Shown here piece after piece: positions 18,744 through 27,726 of a stretch of DNA of 64,000 nt; position 1 is the first letter of the stretch; each line of letters starts with the position of its first letter. The notes below the pieces were generated by a model. It searched no databases, had not been told where the DNA came from, and was given only the letters and a program-made list of their open reading frames with translations. The DNA lies in the NCBI GenBank assembly GCA_965248925.1, contig CBDFLE010000006.1, forward strand, positions 3,424,001 to 3,488,000. Reading direction: 5' to 3'. A program made the translations under genes and the position numbers. Source of the stretch: Candidatus Multivoradales bacterium (GTDB lineage Bacteria; Acidobacteriota; Thermoanaerobaculia; Multivoradales; J023).

Positions 18744-19958
18744 TCAATTCACCCAACTGCCCGCGACCGCCTCCACCGGCTGGTTGGCTCGCCGCCCGGC
18801 GAGAATGTCTACCGCTTCGGACAAGCCGTCCAGGGTCAGCTCGAGCATCGGGAAGACGCTGCGCACCAGCCGGGCGCTGGGGGCGTTCCAGACTCGGGGA
18901 GGTTCGGGATTGAGCCATACGGAGCTGGGGCATTTCTGGCGGATGCGCTGGAGCCAGTCCAGGCCGGTGACTCTGTTGTGCTGGAAAAGGTCGATGGCGC
19001 CGCCGACGTGGGTGAGTTCGAAAGGGCTCATCCAGGCGTCGCCGACCATGATGACTGACCAGCCGTGGTCGATGCGCTTGAGCACCTCGGCAGTGGGCTC
19101 GCCGCGGCGGTGGTACATGTCGGTGTAGAGGTGCTCGTAGACGCAGTTGTGAAACAGGCGGATTTCGAGTTTCTTGAAGTGGTTGGCGGCGTGGGCGGCG
19201 CTGAATAAACGCTCGCTGAGGTTGGCGTGGGGGTCCATCGAGCCGCCGACATCGATCAGCAGCAGCAATTTGAAGCGGTTCTTGCGCTCGGGGCCGAAGA
19301 TCAGGTCGAGCTCGCCGCCGTTGCGGGCGCAATCGTCGATGGTGGCGTCGAGGTCGAGGATTTCGGGTCCCTCGCTCTTGTCCAGGCGGCGCAGGCGGCG
19401 CAGTGCCATGCCGATCTGGCGGGTGTCGAGCACCCGGTCGCTGCGCAGGTTCTTGAAGCGTCGTTGGTCGGCTACTTGCACCGCCGAACGGCCACCACCG
19501 CCACCGCCTATGCGAATGCCCGCCGGGTTGCTGCCGCCGTGGCCAAAGGGCGAAGTGCCGCCGGTGCCGATCCAGCGGTCGCCGCCGTCGTGGCGCTCTT
19601 TCTGTTCTGCCAAGCGCTCCTTGAATTTGTCGCGTAACTCCTCGAAGTCAAGGGCTTTGAGCGCCGCCAGCTCGTCGTCGCTGAGCTTCCGGGGCAGCTC
19701 TGGATTGGCCAGCCATTGGAGCAGCTCCTTATCGATCTCGAAATGGGCTTCGAGGCCGCGGAAGTGGCTGGCGAAGGCGCGGTCGTAGAGGTCGTATTGG
19801 GTTTCCCGCTTGACCAGCAGCGCTCGTGCCAGATGGTAGAAGGCGCCCAGGTCGGCCCGCACATGGCCGGCGGCCAGAGCCCGCATCAGGGTTAGCCATT
19901 CGGTCACGCTGACTTTCAGCCCGTGGCCGCGTAGGTGGTAGAAGAAGTCGGTGAACAT
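18744..19958 (-). CDS. VWA domain protein (CoxE-like), MoxR partner
   Basis: LLLLIDVGGSM MIDAS-like motif, WIGTGGTSPFGHGG, MVGDAWMSPFEL. Confidence 0.88.
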   Translation of the reverse strand: MFTDFFYHLRGHGLKVSVTEWLTLMRALAAGHVRADLGAFYHLARALLVKRETQYDLYDRAFASHFRGLEAHFEIDKELLQWLANPELPRKLSDDELAALKALDFEELRDKFKERLAEQKERHDGGDRWIGTGGTSPFGHGGSNPAGIRIGGGGGGRSAVQVADQRRFKNLRSDRVLDTRQIGMALRRLRRLDKSEGPEILDLDATIDDCARNGGELDLIFGPERKNRFKLLLLIDVGGSMDPHANLSERLFSAAHAANHFKKLEIRLFHNCVYEHLYTDMYHRRGEPTAEVLKRIDHGWSVIMVGDAWMSPFELTHVGGAIDLFQHNRVTGLDWLQRIRQKCPSSVWLNPEPPRVWNAPSARLVRSVFPMLELTLDGLSEAVDILAGRRANQPVEAVAGSWVN

Positions 19959-19972
19959 GGCTGCTTGGCTGT

Positions 19973-20815
19973 TCAGTGCAGGTGCCGGGCGCGGGTCGCT
20001 CCGCGGCGTCGGCCATGCACCGCGTCGAGGTCTTGCTCGCGCTTGAGCAGCACGCCGAGGAAGGGTAGTTCTTGCTCCATTTTCTCGGCTGCGATGCCGG
20101 CTCGGCGCAGCGCCGCGATCCAGTCGATCAGTTCGCTGGTGGAGGGGCGCTTGCGTACTTCGGGCTGGTCGCGCAGCCAGTAGAATGCGATCAGTACCTG
20201 GCGCAGCAGCTCTTCTTCGACCTTGGGGTGATGGACGCGGACGATCTCTTCCATCAGTTCTTGATCGGGGAAGGCGATGTAGTGGAAGACGCAGCGCCGG
20301 AGGAAGGCGTCGGGTAGCTCTTTTTCGTTGTTTGAGGTGACCACCACCACCGGCCGTTTTTGGGCGGTGACGATGTCGCCGGTCTCTTCGACCTGGTAGC
20401 TCATCCGATCGAGCTCGTGCAGCAAGTCGTTGGGGAATTCCAGGTCGGCTTTGTCGATCTCGTCGATCAGCAGCACCACCCGCGCAGCGGAGAGCAGGGA
20501 ACGGCCCAGGGGGCCGGGCTTGATGTACTGGCGGATGTCGGAGATGTCGCTGTCGCCGAAGCGGGAGTCGTTGAGCCGCTGGACGGTGTCGTAGACGTAG
20601 AGGCCGTCGCGGGCCTTACTGGTCGATTTGACGTTCCAGGCGATCAGTTCGAGGCCGAGATCTTCGGCTATTGCCTCGGCCAGCACGGTCTTGCCGGTGC
20701 CGGGCTCTCCCTTGATCAGCAGCGGTTTTTCCAGCGCCACGGCAACGTTGACCGCGTCGCGCAGCGCGGGCGAAGCGAGGTAGGAATCGGTGCCGGTGAA
20801 TTGTTCGAAGGACAT
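19973..20815 (-). CDS. MoxR family AAA+ ATPase
   Basis: LLIKGEPGTGKT, LLIDEIDKAD, TSNNEKELPDAFLRRC. Confidence 0.92.
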   Translation of the reverse strand: MSFEQFTGTDSYLASPALRDAVNVAVALEKPLLIKGEPGTGKTVLAEAIAEDLGLELIAWNVKSTSKARDGLYVYDTVQRLNDSRFGDSDISDIRQYIKPGPLGRSLLSAARVVLLIDEIDKADLEFPNDLLHELDRMSYQVEETGDIVTAQKRPVVVVTSNNEKELPDAFLRRCVFHYIAFPDQELMEEIVRVHHPKVEEELLRQVLIAFYWLRDQPEVRKRPSTSELIDWIAALRRAGIAAEKMEQELPFLGVLLKREQDLDAVHGRRRGATRARHLH

Positions 20816-20878
20816 GCAGCGGCACTGTACCAGTCCGTTGGCTGAGGATTGAATAGCGCCGTGCCTCAGCGATAGGCT

Positions 20879-22372
20879 ATGCCCATGCGGACTCTGCGCT
20901 CGGTACTGTGGTTACTGTTGCTCTTTTCCCTGTTGGTCGCCGGAGTTTGGTTGACCCGCCATCCCGATGCCGAACTCGTCCACCGGGCTCGGCAATGGCC
21001 GCTGGTCGGACCGCTGGCGATGGCATTTCAGCGTGCCTACCTGCCACCGCCAGCGCCGGCGCCGCTTCCTCCGGCGGCGGCTGAGAGTTCTACCCCCGGG
21101 TCCATCGACCCGCGCGCCGCTAACCCGCGGCAGGTCGAGCCACGGCGCTTTCCCCCGGACCATCCGCGAGTCTGGGGGCTCAAGGGTATGGAACTCAAAC
21201 GGCAGCCGACGACCGCCGCCGAGACCGTGCTGACTCTGCCGGCCAATGTGCGGCTGCCGAAGCTCGACCAGCAGGGCAGCTGGTATCAGGTCTATCGCCA
21301 AGGTTTCACCGGCTGGGTGCTGCTCGAGAATTACGACGAGCAGGCCGAGGTGCCGTTCGGCAACGCGCCCCTGGCTCCGGGGCCGCTGCAGCCCCGTGAC
21401 GCCGACCCCGAGCAGTTGGCCAGCGCCCGCGAGCTGCTCGGGCCTACCGGCCGTGAGCTGCCCATGGGGCCCTACACTCTCTACACCGATGTCCTCGATG
21501 AGACTCTGATCAGCTACCTCGCTGGACTGGCGGAGCAGCTCGATGGGGTCTATGCGGCGCGCTACGGTCGTCAGCCGTTGGCTACGCCGCGAGCGGCGCT
21601 GGTGCTCTACCGGGGCGAGGGCGGCTACCGTCTGCTCAAGCGACGTTCTGGCAAGTTGGCTGGCTTGCACGCCGCCGGTCATGCCTCGGGGGGCATGGCG
21701 GCGACCTTCGTGGGCCGGCGTTCGGCGGCGCAGGTCGGGATCACGGTGGTGCATGAGCTGGTACATCTGGTCAATCGCCGCGCTCTCGGCCCGGCCTTGC
21801 CGCCTTGGCTCGACGAAGGGCTGGCCGATGGCCTCGCTCTCTCTCGGGTCAACAGCGCCGGTGCGTTGCAGCCCGAGCAACTCGGTGGTGAGATTCTGGA
21901 GAATGCTGAGCGCCGGACCTTCACCGAAGGAATGTCGTCCCTGTGGCTAGTCGAGCAGCGTCGGCGGGATGGCCGCCTGCCGCGGCTGAGCACTTTGCTG
22001 CGGTTGGATTGGGATAGCTTCGTCGGTGACGAGATCGCCCTGCACTATGCTTCCAGCGCGCTGTGGCTGCGTTTTCTGCTCGATGGCGAGGGGGGGCGCC
22101 GGGCAGCGGCGCTGCGGCGCTTTCTCGATGCCGTGGCTGCGGGTGGACCCGCCTCCGCCGATCGCCTGCGGCAGGCCATCGCCGAGCCGTGGCCAACGCT
22201 GGAAGTCAGCTACCGACGCTGGGTCGAGGAGCTGGCGATCGAGCACGGTGTGGCCGCTCTGCAATCGGCTCTTCTGGTCTGCTGTCGGTTCGGGGTGCCT
22301 TTTGCTACCATGCCTGAATCTTGGTGGCCACCTGGACGTGGGCCGGGCCAATTCAGTGGAGAGGCTGGCTAG
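20879..22372 (+). CDS. Membrane-anchored SH3b + zinc metallopeptidase-like protein (peptidase MA/DUF1570-like)
   Basis: N-terminal TM; SH3-like WYQVYRQGFTGWV; HELVH...PWLDEGLA gluzincin motif. Confidence 0.72.
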   Translation: MPMRTLRSVLWLLLLFSLLVAGVWLTRHPDAELVHRARQWPLVGPLAMAFQRAYLPPPAPAPLPPAAAESSTPGSIDPRAANPRQVEPRRFPPDHPRVWGLKGMELKRQPTTAAETVLTLPANVRLPKLDQQGSWYQVYRQGFTGWVLLENYDEQAEVPFGNAPLAPGPLQPRDADPEQLASARELLGPTGRELPMGPYTLYTDVLDETLISYLAGLAEQLDGVYAARYGRQPLATPRAALVLYRGEGGYRLLKRRSGKLAGLHAAGHASGGMAATFVGRRSAAQVGITVVHELVHLVNRRALGPALPPWLDEGLADGLALSRVNSAGALQPEQLGGEILENAERRTFTEGMSSLWLVEQRRRDGRLPRLSTLLRLDWDSFVGDEIALHYASSALWLRFLLDGEGGRRAAALRRFLDAVAAGGPASADRLRQAIAEPWPTLEVSYRRWVEELAIEHGVAALQSALLVCCRFGVPFATMPESWWPPGRGPGQFSGEAG

Positions 22373-22459
22373 TGAGCCGCCAGTGAGCAAGGTGGCCAGC
22401 GAACAAGCTGGCGCCGCGACAACCGCCACCGGTTCTGGTGGCTGGGAAACTCAAAAAGC

Positions 22460-24028
22460 ATGAAAGTGAACAAGGCGACACTCGGGGTGTGGGCCGCCGT
22501 GCTGCTCGGCGGCTGTCTCAGTGAGCCGCCACCGCCGCGCTTGCCAGCGGGTACCGATATCGTGCTGATCACCGTCGATACGTTGCGGGCGGATCGCCTC
22601 GGCGCCTATGGCCACCCGGCCGCGCGGACGCCGAACATCGACCAGTTGGCGGCTGCAGGGAGGGTCTTTCATCAGGCGACGACCCCCTTTCCCCGCACCA
22701 CCCCGGCGCTGGCCTCGTTGCTCAGTGGGCTGTGGCCGCAGCATCATGGTTCGCGAGAAGTGGGCCAGCGGCCGAAGAAGGTGCCGCTGATCTCGGAGCT
22801 GCTGCAAGCCCAGGGCTATTTCACCGTCGGGGTCAGCGCCAATGGCGCCGCCGGCCGACATCAGCAGATGGACCGCGGCTTTGATCTCTTTCTCGACCAC
22901 CAGGATTTGAAGTCGGGCCGCGCCTCACAGGTTACCCACCAGACCGCCGAGTTGCTCGATCAAGTGCCGACCGAGCAGCCGCTGTTCCTCTGGGTGCATT
23001 ACATCGACCCCCACTTTCCCTACCTGCCGCCACAGGCCTGGGTGCCGGAAGGGGTCGAGCCTTGCCTCGCCCTGATGCGCGAGCAGCGCCAGACCGTCGG
23101 CCGGATCATCAGCAATCGGGATGGCATCGCCGCCGCGGTGCGCGACGATTGCCTGCGGCTTTACGATGCCGAGTTGGCCTACACCGACGACCACTTGGGC
23201 GGGCTGCTCGCAGCCCTCGATGGAGTGAGCAGATTGAAGGATACGCTGCTGATCTTCACCGCCGACCACGGCGACAACCAGGGCGAGCAAGGGCTGTACT
23301 TTCAGCACGGTCCGAATGTCGACGACGCCAGCCTGGTGGTGCCGCTGATCATTCGCGGACCAGGCATCGAGCCCGGCGCCGACCACGAGGTAGTGCGGCT
23401 GGAGGATATCCCCCCCACCTTGCTGAGCTTGCTCGGAGTACCCGCGGAAGACTGGCCGCTCTTCGACGGCGAAGACTTCGCGGCTCGCCTGGGCTCACCC
23501 TCGGCCCGGCGGCGGCCTGATCAGCGGTTGGCTTTGGCGGAGAGCGGCAGCTCGCTGATGGTCGAGTCGCACGGCTATCTGCATTCCGGCCGGGCGCACA
23601 AGTTCTCTTGCTTGAACGCCCGCCAATATGCACTGTGCAGCCAAGTCGGGGAAGAGCCCAAGCTGTACGATCATGTGGCCGATCCTGATCTCGAACACGA
23701 TCTCTCGGCTGAGCTGCCGGCGGTGGTCAGGCGGCTCAGTGAGGCACGTCAGCTGTGGCCACCGGAGCACGCCCGCGAGCGCACCGCTCGCACGCCGCGT
23801 TTCAAACTGGTCGAACGGCCGTTGCTGCAAGGCGGCCACCGCCGCTTTCTCTACGATCTGCAGGCCGATCCCGCCGCTGAGCACGATGTGCTGGGTCAGC
23901 ATCCGGAGGTCGCCCGACGCCTCGGTACCGCGCTCGATGCCTGGGCCGTCGACTTGCCGATGCACCAGGTACCGGAACGCGACGAGGAAGAGATCGAGGC
24001 ATTGCGCGCCCTGGGCTACATTCACTGA
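22460..24028 (+). CDS. Sulfatase-like (alkaline phosphatase superfamily) lipoprotein
   Basis: Lipobox LGGC; LITVDTLRADRLG, LWVHYIDPHFPY, FTADHG, C-terminal ALRALGYI. Confidence 0.85.
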   Translation: MKVNKATLGVWAAVLLGGCLSEPPPPRLPAGTDIVLITVDTLRADRLGAYGHPAARTPNIDQLAAAGRVFHQATTPFPRTTPALASLLSGLWPQHHGSREVGQRPKKVPLISELLQAQGYFTVGVSANGAAGRHQQMDRGFDLFLDHQDLKSGRASQVTHQTAELLDQVPTEQPLFLWVHYIDPHFPYLPPQAWVPEGVEPCLALMREQRQTVGRIISNRDGIAAAVRDDCLRLYDAELAYTDDHLGGLLAALDGVSRLKDTLLIFTADHGDNQGEQGLYFQHGPNVDDASLVVPLIIRGPGIEPGADHEVVRLEDIPPTLLSLLGVPAEDWPLFDGEDFAARLGSPSARRRPDQRLALAESGSSLMVESHGYLHSGRAHKFSCLNARQYALCSQVGEEPKLYDHVADPDLEHDLSAELPAVVRRLSEARQLWPPEHARERTARTPRFKLVERPLLQGGHRRFLYDLQADPAAEHDVLGQHPEVARRLGTALDAWAVDLPMHQVPERDEEEIEALRALGYIH

Positions 24029-24114
24029 GCAAATGTTAAGCAAGCTCAGGGTGGATTCAAAATGCGACTAGAGCATAGAATATTCTTCTACTGTCCGTGG
24101 AGAAACCGAATCTG

Positions 24115-24891
24115 ATGTCCGTTGCCACCGCCAAACCTCAGCTGTCGATCGTCATTCCGGTGGTCGACGAGGCTGAGAACATCGCCTCGGTGTTCGCTGA
24201 GCTGCAAGGCAAGCTGGCGCGTCATGGTGGCTATGAGGTGGTATTTGTCGACGACGGCAGCCGCGATTCGACGGTCGAAGAGATCCAACAGCTGATCGCT
24301 GAGCACCCCCATGTGCGGCTGGTGCGCCATCGCGGCAACTGCGGCAAGAGCGCGGCGCTAATCACTGGTGCCACCGCCGCGCGGGCCGATTGGGTGGTCA
24401 ACATGGATGGCGACGGCCAGAACGATCCTGACGACCTATGGCGCCTGGTCGAAGCCTCGCGCCGCGCCGATGCCCCGGCCGATCTGCTGCTGGTGGCCGG
24501 ACAGAGGCGCAAGCGCAACGACACCCGGTTGAAGCAAATTTCCTCTAGAGTCGCCAATCGCGTGCGTCGTGGGATCACCGGCGATCCCACTCCCGATGCC
24601 GCTTGCGGTTTGAAGCTCTACCGCCGCGATGTCTTCTTGCAGTTGCCGCGTTTCGACAACATGCACCGCTTTCTCTCGGCGCTCTTTCTGCGCCACGGTG
24701 GCAGTGTGGTGTCGGTTCTGGTGGAGGATCGGCCACGGGCCGCGGGCCAATCGAAGTACGGCTTTTTCGACCGCCTGTGGGTCGGCATTGCCGATCTCTT
24801 CGGGGTGATGTGGCTGCAACGCCGGCGGTTGCGCGCCGACTTGCTCGACGACCAAGACTTGTCCGCCGATGAGACGGAGCATTGCCGATGA
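24115..24891 (+). CDS. Glycosyltransferase family 2 (polyprenol-phosphate sugar synthase type)
   Basis: VFVDDGSRD, MDGDGQNDP, RAAGQSKYG; ATG 24115 chosen over GTG 24097 because of upstream GGAGA. Confidence 0.88.
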   Translation: MSVATAKPQLSIVIPVVDEAENIASVFAELQGKLARHGGYEVVFVDDGSRDSTVEEIQQLIAEHPHVRLVRHRGNCGKSAALITGATAARADWVVNMDGDGQNDPDDLWRLVEASRRADAPADLLLVAGQRRKRNDTRLKQISSRVANRVRRGITGDPTPDAACGLKLYRRDVFLQLPRFDNMHRFLSALFLRHGGSVVSVLVEDRPRAAGQSKYGFFDRLWVGIADLFGVMWLQRRRLRADLLDDQDLSADETEHCR

Positions 24892-25175
24892 AAATGGAAA
24901 CCATCTGGCTACTGGTCGGCTTCGCCGGTCAGGGCTGTTTCTTCATGCGCTTTCTGGTGCAGTGGATCTCCAGTGAGCGGCAGCAGAAGAGCGTCATCCC
25001 GGTGGCGTTCTGGTACTTCAGCATTTTCGGCGCGCTGATCATCCTGGCTTATGCCATCCATCGTGGCGACCCGGTCTTTATCGTCGGTCAAACTACCGGC
25101 TTGCTGATCTACACCCGCAATCTAATGTTGCTCAGCCGCGAAAAGCAGAAAAAGGGCGCCGCCGCTGGGCAGTAG
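24888..25175 (+). CDS. Lipid-A-disaccharide synthase N-terminal (LAB_N) domain membrane protein
   Basis: GFAGQGCFFMRFLVQWISSER...SVIPVAFWYFS...DPVFIVGQ; ATGA overlap with GT2 stop. Confidence 0.9.
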   Translation: MKMETIWLLVGFAGQGCFFMRFLVQWISSERQQKSVIPVAFWYFSIFGALIILAYAIHRGDPVFIVGQTTGLLIYTRNLMLLSREKQKKGAAAGQ

Positions 25176-26909
25176 CTACTCGCCGCTGGCGACCAGCAGC
25201 CGCAGCTTCTCGGGCAGGCGCAGGGGGCGGTAGACCTGCTGCCATTCGAGCCTGCCATAGGCCTTGAGCCGGCCGCTGGCGATGCCCGCGGGGGTAGCGG
25301 CGACGTAGCCTTCCCAGCCAGTCTTCATTGCCCCCCTGCCTTTGCTCTTGGCCACGGAAGGACGGTGGATGCCGGTGATCAACTCGCCACGCACCCGACC
25401 CTCGTTGTCGATCAGCAAGACTTCGGCGACCCGCCCCTCGGGCGCCCAGGCCCAGCCCTTGAGGCGTAGCAGGCGGCCGCTGCCCACCTTGACCACTTCG
25501 CTGATGTAGCCCTGTAGCTGGAGGCCGGGTTTGGGCACCAGCCGGGTGGGATCTACCGTCCGTGGTTCGGGCGGCGCGAGCTGACGATCAAAGGGAACAT
25601 GGCCAGTGGCGCGGAGGAAGGGCTCGACCTCCCAGACCTGCTGTGGGCTAGGGGTCATCGAGCGCTGGATCAGCGCATCGTCGTGGTAGCCGCGGCGCAG
25701 TGATAGGGCAGTCACCGGTTGCCGCGAGGCGCGGTTGACGAAGGCGTCGAGGGTTTGCAGGCCGCGGCGGTAGTGGTTCAGCTCCAGGCCACCGACGATC
25801 AGCACGAAAGCCGTCGTCGTGGCCATCGCCAGTCGTGGATGGCGCTGCCTGAGGGCGTGCAGCAGCAGCGCCGCCAGCACCAACAAGCCGATCCAATACA
25901 GACCCGGAAGGGAGGCGTAGCGCGAGGCCAGAGCCTGCGCCTCTCCCTTGCCAGAGCGGCCGATCGCCGTTCCCAGGGCGCTGGCAAAGGCGTAGATCTG
26001 CAACATCACGAAGGGCACTGCTAGTCGTCGCAGGGCGCGATCTCCCCAGACCCACAGCAGTCCGAGGCCCACCGGCCAGGCGGCCAGCGCCGCCCAGCCG
26101 AGCCAGATGGCGCGATGCGGCTGGGTGGTGAACAGCGAGCCCATGTAGATCCCCAGATAGCGCCAGAGAGTGCCGAAGTCGGAGGTGTTGGGCTCGGGGT
26201 GGGCCGGCATCACCTTGAAGCGCAGGAAAACCACCAGATAGACCGCCACGGCTGCAAGCGCCAGCAGGGCGAGCTGGCGGCGATCGCGGCGCAAGGCGAT
26301 GGCACCGACCAAGAGGGCGGGCCACATCGCCAGGCTAGTGCTGTAGGACAGTGCTCCCACCAGACCCATGGCGGTGATTGCCAGCAGCGGCTTCAGCTGG
26401 CCAGCGTCGGTGCGCCGTACCAGGACGGTGATCGACAGCACCGCCAAGGCATTGGCCAAGAACCACTGGGTGCCGCTGAAGGCCATGGCGACGTTGTGGG
26501 CCGCCACCGGGGTGAAGGCTAGGGAAGCAACGATAAACGCCAGGCCGGCGTGCTCCCAAGGCGAGCCCCTGAGCGGTGGCGGCAGCAGTCGATAGAGGCA
26601 GCCCGCCACCAACGCCATCAAGGCCAAAGTGAACAACGCCAGGGTGCGATTGGTGCCGGCGAAGAGGTAGGTGTTGAGGACGTAGATCAGGGTCGGGAAA
26701 GTGGCTCGGTGCTCGTTCGACTTGACCGTCAACCAGGTGCCGAGGTCATGGGTCAGATGATCACCGTCGAGCACTCGGGCGAGGATGCCGTAGTAGTCGT
26801 TGTTTTGCAGCGTGCCGAAGCTCGGCCAGTGGAGCAGATAGACCAGTGGCGGCAGGATCAGCGCGGCCCACACGAAGGCCTTGCGCAGGGCTGGAGAGGA
26901 GAGGCTCAT
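25176..26909 (-). CDS. Polytopic membrane protein, probable GT-C glycosyltransferase with periplasmic C-terminal domain
   Basis: About 11 TM segments, NNDYY and SNEHR first-loop motifs, ALASRY; start moved to ATG 26909 to avoid overlap with the moaD-moaE gene. Confidence 0.65.
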   Translation of the reverse strand: MSLSSPALRKAFVWAALILPPLVYLLHWPSFGTLQNNDYYGILARVLDGDHLTHDLGTWLTVKSNEHRATFPTLIYVLNTYLFAGTNRTLALFTLALMALVAGCLYRLLPPPLRGSPWEHAGLAFIVASLAFTPVAAHNVAMAFSGTQWFLANALAVLSITVLVRRTDAGQLKPLLAITAMGLVGALSYSTSLAMWPALLVGAIALRRDRRQLALLALAAVAVYLVVFLRFKVMPAHPEPNTSDFGTLWRYLGIYMGSLFTTQPHRAIWLGWAALAAWPVGLGLLWVWGDRALRRLAVPFVMLQIYAFASALGTAIGRSGKGEAQALASRYASLPGLYWIGLLVLAALLLHALRQRHPRLAMATTTAFVLIVGGLELNHYRRGLQTLDAFVNRASRQPVTALSLRRGYHDDALIQRSMTPSPQQVWEVEPFLRATGHVPFDRQLAPPEPRTVDPTRLVPKPGLQLQGYISEVVKVGSGRLLRLKGWAWAPEGRVAEVLLIDNEGRVRGELITGIHRPSVAKSKGRGAMKTGWEGYVAATPAGIASGRLKAYGRLEWQQVYRPLRLPEKLRLLVASGE

Positions 26910-26931
26910 GGCGGCAAGCGACTCGTTGGGC

Positions 26932-27642
26932 TCAGCTGCTGGCCGAAGGTGCCGGTTGGGCCTCGGCGGCGAGTGGCTCGACCTCTCGCCACTCGGCGCC
27001 GCCATCGACGAAATGCTCTTTCTTCCAGATCGGAACTTCGTGTTTGAGCCGTTCCAGAGCCTCGCGGCTGGCGCTATAGGCCGCTTCGCGGTGAGGTGAG
27101 GCGGCGACGATGACGACGCTGGTATCACCCGCCCGCACCTCGCCCAGCCGGTGGACGATCGCCACTCGCAAATCGTCGCCGGCCGCTTCGCTCTCGCTGA
27201 CGATGCGCTCGATGGCTTTGGTGGCCATCGAGCGATAGGCGCTGTAGCCCAGGTGGCTTACCGGTCGTCCTTGGTGGCTGTCGCGGACGACGCCGTGAAA
27301 GGTCAGGAGGGCGCCGCGCCGTGCTGAGCGGACCTGGGCCTCGACCGCCGCACTATCGATCGGGCCATCGATCAACACCGCGGCAGCGGGTTCGCCGGAG
27401 CCGCCTGAGACTGGCGGTAGCAGGGCCACTTCACAGCCCTCTTCGAGGGCCGGATCATCCCGCACCAGCTGGCCGTCGATGGCTACCGCCAGCCGCGGCC
27501 AGATGGCCTCGAACTCGCGGTGGCGGCGGCGCAGTTCGGTGGCTACGGCGCTCAGCCGAGAGTCCCGCGGCAGCTCTAGTTCGAACTCTTCATGACCGAG
27601 TAGGTCGCCAGCGGTGGCGAAGGCCACGACACGGATTTTCAT
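26932..27642 (-). CDS. moaE: Fused molybdopterin synthase MoaD-MoaE (MoaX-type)
   Basis: Ubiquitin-like MoaD ending VALLPPVSGG followed in frame by MoaE (FHGVVRD, HRLGEV, SPHR, LKHEVPIWKKE). Confidence 0.92.
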   Translation of the reverse strand: MKIRVVAFATAGDLLGHEEFELELPRDSRLSAVATELRRRHREFEAIWPRLAVAIDGQLVRDDPALEEGCEVALLPPVSGGSGEPAAAVLIDGPIDSAAVEAQVRSARRGALLTFHGVVRDSHQGRPVSHLGYSAYRSMATKAIERIVSESEAAGDDLRVAIVHRLGEVRAGDTSVVIVAASPHREAAYSASREALERLKHEVPIWKKEHFVDGGAEWREVEPLAAEAQPAPSASS

Positions 27643-27726
27643 GGTCGGAATGCTAGCAGGTTGTCCCCCCGTTCGCCTTGGTTGGCTTGCGGGTGATGGC
27701 GCGGTGGCAGCGGTTTTCTCGCGTAC

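Noticed and set aside
18053-20815. Uma2 + VWA + MoxR as a defence system
   Set aside because: The MoxR-CoxE pair is a widespread chaperone module and Uma2 genes are scattered in many genomes; no evidence of functional linkage.
26910-27128. N-terminal extension of the membrane protein
   Set aside because: Overlaps the moaE coding region in another frame.
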